Positions 20,614 to 25,690 of a stretch of 25,690 bases of DNA are shown here, piece by piece; the first letter of the stretch is position 1; every line of letters starts with the position of its first letter. Both the position numbers and the translations under genes were made by a program. Source of the DNA: Candidatus Helarchaeota ASGARD archaeon Hel_GB_B (GTDB taxonomy: Archaea; Asgardarchaeota; Lokiarchaeia; Helarchaeales; HEL-GB-B); assembly GCA_005191425.1 (NCBI GenBank), contig SUPR01000046.1, forward strand, positions 1 to 25,690, read 5' to 3'. The notes below the pieces were generated by a model. It did not search any database. It had not been told where the DNA came from and saw only the letters and a list, made by a program, of their open reading frames with translations.

Positions 20614-21360
20614 TTGAGCAATGGAGAGATTTACGATTTGAGTAATGATAAAATAAAGTTGCTAGTTTCACCACGATCAAAAGTCGAAGCAGAGGAATGT
20701 ATTAAAGCGGAAGTTGATATTATTGATATAAAAAATCCAGTCGAAGGTAGTTTAGGTGCAAATTTTCCTTGGATTATTAAGGAAATTTTAGAGATTGTTC
20801 CAAAAAATATACCAGTAAGCGCAACAATCGGAGATCTACCAGACCTCCCGGGTACTGCATCTCTTGCTGCTCTGGGAGTTGCAACATGTGGGGTCTCATA
20901 TATTAAAGCAGGTATTAAGGGCCCTAAGAATATTGAAGATGCAATTAATTTAATGAAGAAAATAAGTAAAGCAGTTAAAAGTTATAATAAAAATATAAAA
21001 GTAGTTGCTGCCGCTTATGCAGATTATAAGCGATTTGGGACGATAAATCCTTTATTAATCACAGAAGTTGCCCAGAAAGCAGAATGCGATGTTGCTATGA
21101 TCGATACCGGGATTAAAGACGGAAAAGGTCTTTTTAATTTTCTAAATACAGATGATTTGAAAAAACTGATTAACGATGGCCATGAGAAAAATCTAGAAGT
21201 CGCTTTGGCTGGTTCTCTAAAGGAAAAAGATATAGTCGTTTTGAAAGATTTGGCGCCAGATATTATTGGAGTAAGAGGGGCTGCTTGCGAAGGATATGAC
21301 CGATTAAATGGATCCATTAAAAGTAGTAGAATTAAAGTACTAAAGGAGTTATTGGTCTAA
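20614..21360 (+). CDS. mfnB: (5-formylfuran-3-yl)methyl phosphate synthase (4-HFC-P synthase), methanofuran biosynthesis
   Basis: KLLVSPRSKVEA, DIIDIKNPVEGSLGANFPW, PVSATIGD, YIKAG, YAD, AMIDTGIKDGK, ALAGSL, PDIIGVRGAAC. Confidence 0.93.
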   Translation: MSNGEIYDLSNDKIKLLVSPRSKVEAEECIKAEVDIIDIKNPVEGSLGANFPWIIKEILEIVPKNIPVSATIGDLPDLPGTASLAALGVATCGVSYIKAGIKGPKNIEDAINLMKKISKAVKSYNKNIKVVAAAYADYKRFGTINPLLITEVAQKAECDVAMIDTGIKDGKGLFNFLNTDDLKKLINDGHEKNLEVALAGSLKEKDIVVLKDLAPDIIGVRGAACEGYDRLNGSIKSSRIKVLKELLV

Positions 21361-21361
21361 A

Positions 21362-22624
21362 CTAATTATCTTTATTAAAGGTATCAGAATATTTTTTAGC
21401 AAACCCATATAAACTTTTAATTTCATTGTAGGATAATTTATCAGTTTCAAAAATTACATGTTCAGTATCATAATGATCCCAATTCTTATCAATTATTTTA
21501 ATATTAAATACATCATTTCCTTCATCAAATAATCTTGAGCCGGGATAAGGAGTTGCAATAAAAAAGTCAATTCTATCTTCCCCAGGGATGAGTGGTAATT
21601 TTTCAATAAATTTAATAGTTTTTTCAAAAGATTTTTGAGAATCACCTGGTAATCCTATTATAAAATAGCATTGAACAGCAATTCCTGCTTTTTTAGCATT
21701 TGAAATTCCGGATTTAATTTTATTAAGTGATTGAAATTTTCCGTTCAATTTTAATAAATTTGTATCTGCACTTTCTATTCCAATTGCAATAACTTTACAT
21801 CCAGCCTTTGCCATTTCGCGCGTCATTTGATACGATAATTTATCTCCTCTGAGTTCTGCACCCCAAGGTATATGAACATTATATTTATTTATTAATTTAC
21901 AAATTTCTAATGGAATATCCGAATAAATGTTTATGTTATCATATAAATTTATGAACTGATATCCAAGGTTTTCTAAATCAGCCATTTCTTTTACTATATT
22001 TAGAGGATTTCTGACCCGGACATTAGTAAAAAGTTTTTGTCTGACGCAAAAACTACAATTGAATGGGCATCCTCTATTAACAATAATTGAAGCTACATCA
22101 TAATGAGTTGGTATAATGTTTTTTCTATCAGGGAATGGAAAAGAATCCACATCAAAAATCTTTGAGAACCCATTTGATAAAACTTTTTTACCATTTCTAT
22201 AGGCTAATCCCTTTGTTTTTCTATAATTGTTATTTAATAAATGATACAATTGAAACAAAGAATATTCGCCTTCTCCCAAAATTATGAAATCAATATTAGA
22301 CTGTGAGCTGAGAATTTCCTTCCACATAAAAGAAGCGTGTGGACCACCCATCACGATCTTACTATCAGGCGATTTAGTTTTAATATAATTTATCGTTTTT
22401 AATGCAACATTATATGTATTAGTGAGACAGGTAATCCCGATTAATGGTGGTTTTGACATCAAATATGAATTAAAAAGCGCTTTATCATTTGTATCAATTA
22501 CTTTAACTTCTAGCCCCTTCATTCTTAAATATGTAGCCATTGTTAATAATCCTGAAGGAGGTTCTCGGTTATATGATCGTTTTGTTAATAATTCGGTACC
22601 TGGATTTAATAATAAAATGTCCAT
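21362..22624 (-). CDS. Cobalamin-binding radical SAM protein (class B type)
   Basis: N-terminal B12-binding domain (PPSGL, IVMGGPHAS, GEGE), NRGCPFNCSFC (CxxxCxxC), IGIESAD, FIIGLPGDS, TPYPGS. Confidence 0.92.
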   Translation of the reverse strand: MDILLLNPGTELLTKRSYNREPPSGLLTMATYLRMKGLEVKVIDTNDKALFNSYLMSKPPLIGITCLTNTYNVALKTINYIKTKSPDSKIVMGGPHASFMWKEILSSQSNIDFIILGEGEYSLFQLYHLLNNNYRKTKGLAYRNGKKVLSNGFSKIFDVDSFPFPDRKNIIPTHYDVASIIVNRGCPFNCSFCVRQKLFTNVRVRNPLNIVKEMADLENLGYQFINLYDNINIYSDIPLEICKLINKYNVHIPWGAELRGDKLSYQMTREMAKAGCKVIAIGIESADTNLLKLNGKFQSLNKIKSGISNAKKAGIAVQCYFIIGLPGDSQKSFEKTIKFIEKLPLIPGEDRIDFFIATPYPGSRLFDEGNDVFNIKIIDKNWDHYDTEHVIFETDKLSYNEIKSLYGFAKKYSDTFNKDN

Positions 22625-22734
22625 TCGATATCAAGAATAATATATTAAATATTAAATATAAGATCTTTTAATATTGAAAAAAATTTGAGAATTAATTAGG
22701 ATTTGATGAATAATACCGATAATTAATTATCTCC

Positions 22735-23169
22735 CTAAAATATATCATTTTCCTTTAATTTTTGTAGAATATAATCACAAACTTTTTCGATATCTTTTTC
22801 TTTAATATTGCTCATTTGTGATATCTGTGTTAATTCATTAATATCTTTTAAATTTAATATCTTTTTGGGAACAATCTTATTTACGTTTATAACCAAATCA
22901 GGTTTAATGTCCAATTTTCTAAAAATCTGAAAAGCACAAGCACCAGAGCACCCGTCGATAATTACGCTAAAATTAGATGTTATATTATTTTTCATTATAT
23001 TAAAATATTGCTCTTTTTTTAAAATAAAATATTTTAATGTAATTGTAAGACATAGAACTGAACAATTTTTTGCAATGGAACTCTTTTCACTTAATCTAAT
23101 TGCAGCTTGGCGGGCTAATTCACCGTTATATTCAGCACCTGAACAAGGAATAAATATAACAGATTTCAA
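22735..23169 (-). CDS. DGC-domain putative zinc-binding protein (paralog 3)
   Basis: IFIPCSG...GELARQAA...VLCL...IIDGCSGACA; TTG start. Confidence 0.85.
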   Translation of the reverse strand: MKSVIFIPCSGAEYNGELARQAAIRLSEKSSIAKNCSVLCLTITLKYFILKKEQYFNIMKNNITSNFSVIIDGCSGACAFQIFRKLDIKPDLVINVNKIVPKKILNLKDINELTQISQMSNIKEKDIEKVCDYILQKLKENDIF

Positions 23170-23171
23170 TT

Positions 23172-23462
23172 TTAAATCAGTCCTTTTTCCTTTAGTTTTA
23201 ATTTTAATTCACGCTTAAGTTTATATGGACTTGTAATGATTTTCTCACCATCAATAACTACACTATTTCCATGCAAATTTAATTTTTTGGCTTCGTCAGA
23301 ATCTAAATTCTTAGTTTCAAACTGAACTAAGCGAACATATTCCATGATGTTAGAAAACACTTGATTTAAGAAACCTTCAAACATACATGCACAAGCATTC
23401 AACGGAACAAATATATCTAATTTTACTTTATTATTTCCTGAATTTTTTCCATTTTCAGACAT
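23172..23462 (-). CDS. Small thioredoxin-fold/ArsD-like CxC protein
   Basis: KLDIFVPLNACAC ... SVVIDGEKI fits a small thioredoxin-like fold; GGTGAT SD upstream. Family assignment is tentative. Confidence 0.55.
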   Translation of the reverse strand: MSENGKNSGNNKVKLDIFVPLNACACMFEGFLNQVFSNIMEYVRLVQFETKNLDSDEAKKLNLHGNSVVIDGEKIITSPYKLKRELKLKLKEKGLI

Positions 23463-23476
23463 ATAATCACCTTTTT
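23463..23476 (-). promoter_or_regulatory. Archaeal Shine-Dalgarno motif (AAGGTGAT) upstream of the thioredoxin-like gene
   Basis: Minus strand reads aaaaaaGGTGATtatATG; complementary to the conserved archaeal 16S 3' end. Confidence 0.65.
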
Positions 23477-23496
23477 TAGATTATTTTAATTATTTT

Positions 23497-24522
23497 TTAA
23501 ATTGTTTTTTCATTAGGAGAGCAAATTTTTTCAATTTTAGAGGATAATTTTAAAATAAGAATCATAAGTGGAATTTGAATTATTGGAGCAAAAGCAGCTG
23601 GAAGGACAGTTAATCCACCAAATGTTGTTAAAGCTATAGCTATAGTAATTGAATGATTTTTTGCTGTAATTCCATATGTTAATGCGATTGTATCTTCATA
23701 ACAACAATTAGTAAACTTTGAGTAAATTATTCCAATAATTGCTAAAGATGGATAAAGAATAATAATTCCAAGAGATATCATTAAAATATAATCTAAATTA
23801 AGTAAAATAGTAGTAGATTCTAGAGATATTGAAATAAATACAATCATATACATTCCAAAGCTAGAAATAGTTGGAAAAATAGGTTGGATCTTTTTAAATT
23901 TTTCAATTTTAATTAGTTTTATTAATGCTAATCTTGTTAAATAACCAGCAATAATAGGCAATAAAATAATTAATAGCAATTTTTGAAGCATCATCAAAAT
24001 ATCAATCTGTATATAAATTCCAACTAAAATTACCATCCAAAATGGAATTAAAAAAATAGATAGAATTAAGCTTAATGATACAATAATTAGAGCAGATTCA
24101 ACTTTACCTTTTGCAAATCCAGTCCAAGCAATTACCATTCCACTACACGGAACAGTAGACTTAAGTACAAAACCTACATAAAGCATCATGTCTAAATTTT
24201 TAATAAAATATGTACCAATTAAATCACCAAGTAATGGAGAAATAATAAAATTTAAGATTATAGCTGAAATCATCAATTTTAAATTTTTTAAACTATCTTT
24301 TATTTTCTCAATTTTTAAATTAATCATCATAGGATATAGCATGATAAATAAAGGAATAGAAACATAAGGTTTAACAAATTTTATGGAATATGAAAAATAA
24401 TAGCCAAAAATTAGACCTAAAATAATACAAATTAAAATAAAAATTGGCAAAAACTTTTTGTTCAACTCAGAAAATCTAGTAATTTTTGATTTTATCTCTT
24501 TAATTTCGGAGTTCAATAACAT
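23497..24522 (-). CDS. acr3: Acr3-like (arsenite efflux / BART-SBF superfamily) membrane transporter
   Basis: About 10 hydrophobic segments, LFIMLYPMM, LNFIISPLL, PCSGMVIAWTGFAKG (Acr3 Cys motif), LLLIILLPIIAG. Confidence 0.75.
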   Translation of the reverse strand: MLLNSEIKEIKSKITRFSELNKKFLPIFILICIILGLIFGYYFSYSIKFVKPYVSIPLFIMLYPMMINLKIEKIKDSLKNLKLMISAIILNFIISPLLGDLIGTYFIKNLDMMLYVGFVLKSTVPCSGMVIAWTGFAKGKVESALIIVSLSLILSIFLIPFWMVILVGIYIQIDILMMLQKLLLIILLPIIAGYLTRLALIKLIKIEKFKKIQPIFPTISSFGMYMIVFISISLESTTILLNLDYILMISLGIIILYPSLAIIGIIYSKFTNCCYEDTIALTYGITAKNHSITIAIALTTFGGLTVLPAAFAPIIQIPLMILILKLSSKIEKICSPNEKTI

Positions 24523-24772
24523 TACCTTTAAAATATAGTATAAAGTAATTATGGATACATCAAATTTTTAATTATAATTTCATTGTTAAAATTGAATTAT
24601 TGATAAATTTTGTTTCATATCTAAGTTTTTAGATATGTTGATCCATATTTAAATTTTATATTTAATTTTTTAAAATTTTAAATTTAAAAAAAATAGAACA
24701 TTTAAAAAATGATTGGTAAAAAAAGAATGAGAATATTATAAAATAATTCAGGATTTCATTTGTATTTCATTT

Positions 24773-25207
24773 TTATTGATTTTTGAATAGATCATTTACT
24801 TTTTTTGATACTATATCTGCGATTTTTTCAACAAATAAATTACCATTTTCATTTAAATGTTCTTTAGAACCAAGTTTTAATTTAGGGTATTTTTTAATAA
24901 AATCTTCAATATTAAATGTAGCACTGACAGGCCCACTATAATTTTCAATAGCGATTTTTGCGCATTGTTTATTGCAACCTTCTATTGTAATTGTTGGGTG
25001 CTTTTTGACAAAATCACGTTCATTACCATGACGTTCTAATCCACCAGCTTTAAAAAGTCCTTGACAGAAAATAATAGTTTTATGAGGACATTTTTTTTCA
25101 AAAATTATTCTGGCTACTGCTCTAGATAATGTCCCATTTATTATTTCAGGTCCACTACATGCTACGATTAAAATTTTTTGTTTAATTCGGATGATATTTA
25201 CCCCCCA
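24773..25207 (-). CDS. DGC-domain protein (paralog 2); no canonical start codon, missed by ORF track
   Basis: Manual translation: (WGVN)IIRIKQKILIVACSGPEIINGTLSRAVARIIFEKKCPHKTIIFCQGLFKAGG...HPTITIEGCNKQCAKIAIENYSG...NENGNLFVEKIADIVSKKVNDLFKNQ*, stop TAA at 24773-24775. Confidence 0.85.
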   Translation of the reverse strand, partial: WGVNIIRIKQKILIVACSGPEIINGTLSRAVARIIFEKKCPHKTIIFCQGLFKAGGLERHGNERDFVKKHPTITIEGCNKQCAKIAIENYSGPVSATFNIEDFIKKYPKLKLGSKEHLNENGNLFVEKIADIVSKKVNDLFKNQ

Positions 25208-25639
25208 TTATTTATTGATTTTATTATATTTACTCGTCTTAAAGTAATTTTTTATTTTTTCAGTGATTTCTTTTGCTAATAAATATGCTAACTTTTTTGC
25301 GTTTTTACCAATAGGTATAATTGATTCTTCAGCTTCAATATCTGAATTTTTATCAATAAAGGCATCAACCATAATTTTGAAGATAATATTTCCACCTGCA
25401 ATCGAAACATTATTTTCGGCACATTTTACCGGACAGCCATCGAGAACAATACATTTATGATCTTTTAATGATATTAATTCTTGTTCATCATCTCTCATAA
25501 TTAATGGAAGACACCCTAAAATTGTATTATTTGGTAATAAATCATTTGTAATGATATATGTTGCTTCCCTTCCAATAGAACCGGAAACTTTTCCAATTCC
25601 ATCACATGAAACAATTATTATTTTTTCTTTGTTTTTCAT
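25208..25639 (-). CDS. DGC-domain putative zinc-binding protein (paralog 1)
   Basis: IIIVSCDGIGKVSGSIGREA...LGCLP...CIVLDGCPVKCA. Confidence 0.88.
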   Translation of the reverse strand: MKNKEKIIIVSCDGIGKVSGSIGREATYIITNDLLPNNTILGCLPLIMRDDEQELISLKDHKCIVLDGCPVKCAENNVSIAGGNIIFKIMVDAFIDKNSDIEAEESIIPIGKNAKKLAYLLAKEITEKIKNYFKTSKYNKINK

Positions 25640-25690
25640 TTTAATTACATTTTATAGTATATTATTATATTTTTGCTAAATAAAATTAGC

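Noticed and set aside
24640-24700. AT palindromes such as tttaaaattttaaa upstream of the Acr3-like gene as ArsR operators
   Set aside because: A/T-only palindromes are expected by chance at this composition, and no regulator gene is in the window.
21024-25460. ORFs 21024-21317, 22422-22640 and 25263-25460
   Set aside because: Antisense shadows of mfnB, the radical SAM gene and DGC1.
22735-25639. Selenocysteine recoding in the DGC or thioredoxin-like genes
   Set aside because: No in-frame TGA at Cys-motif positions; the stop between DGC1 and DGC2 is TAA.

Overview
Very AT-rich window, most likely from an Asgard archaeon (Lokiarchaeia-like). This is an inference from a stand-alone longin-domain gene, mfnB, an archaemetzincin and GGTGA/GGAG-type ribosome-binding motifs. 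From left to right: (i) 1-11090, a cluster of bacterial-type glycoside hydrolases without signal peptides (GH2 beta-mannosidase 3' end, GH2, GH78 rhamnosidase, LacZ-type GH2), interleaved with an MtaA/UroD-family methyltransferase, a lone phnN and a transposase remnant. (ii) 11160-13313, a divergent HDAC-family protein, a cupin and an archaemetzincin. (iii) 13454-20238, the most interesting block: a co-oriented five-gene minus-strand operon encoding longin, a protein with three Cdc48-N-like barrels fused to vWA, an Ig-like/alpha-beta protein, a GCS2-type carboxylate-amine ligase and an amidohydrolase. It looks like an undescribed ligation/de-ligation system with adaptor proteins. (iv) mfnB and a B12-binding radical SAM gene. 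(v) 22735-25639, an Acr3-like operon with a thioredoxin-like gene and three DGC-domain paralogs; one paralog (24773-25207) is missing from the ORF track because its frame has no ATG/GTG/TTG. All family calls are by-eye motif recognition; no searches were run.
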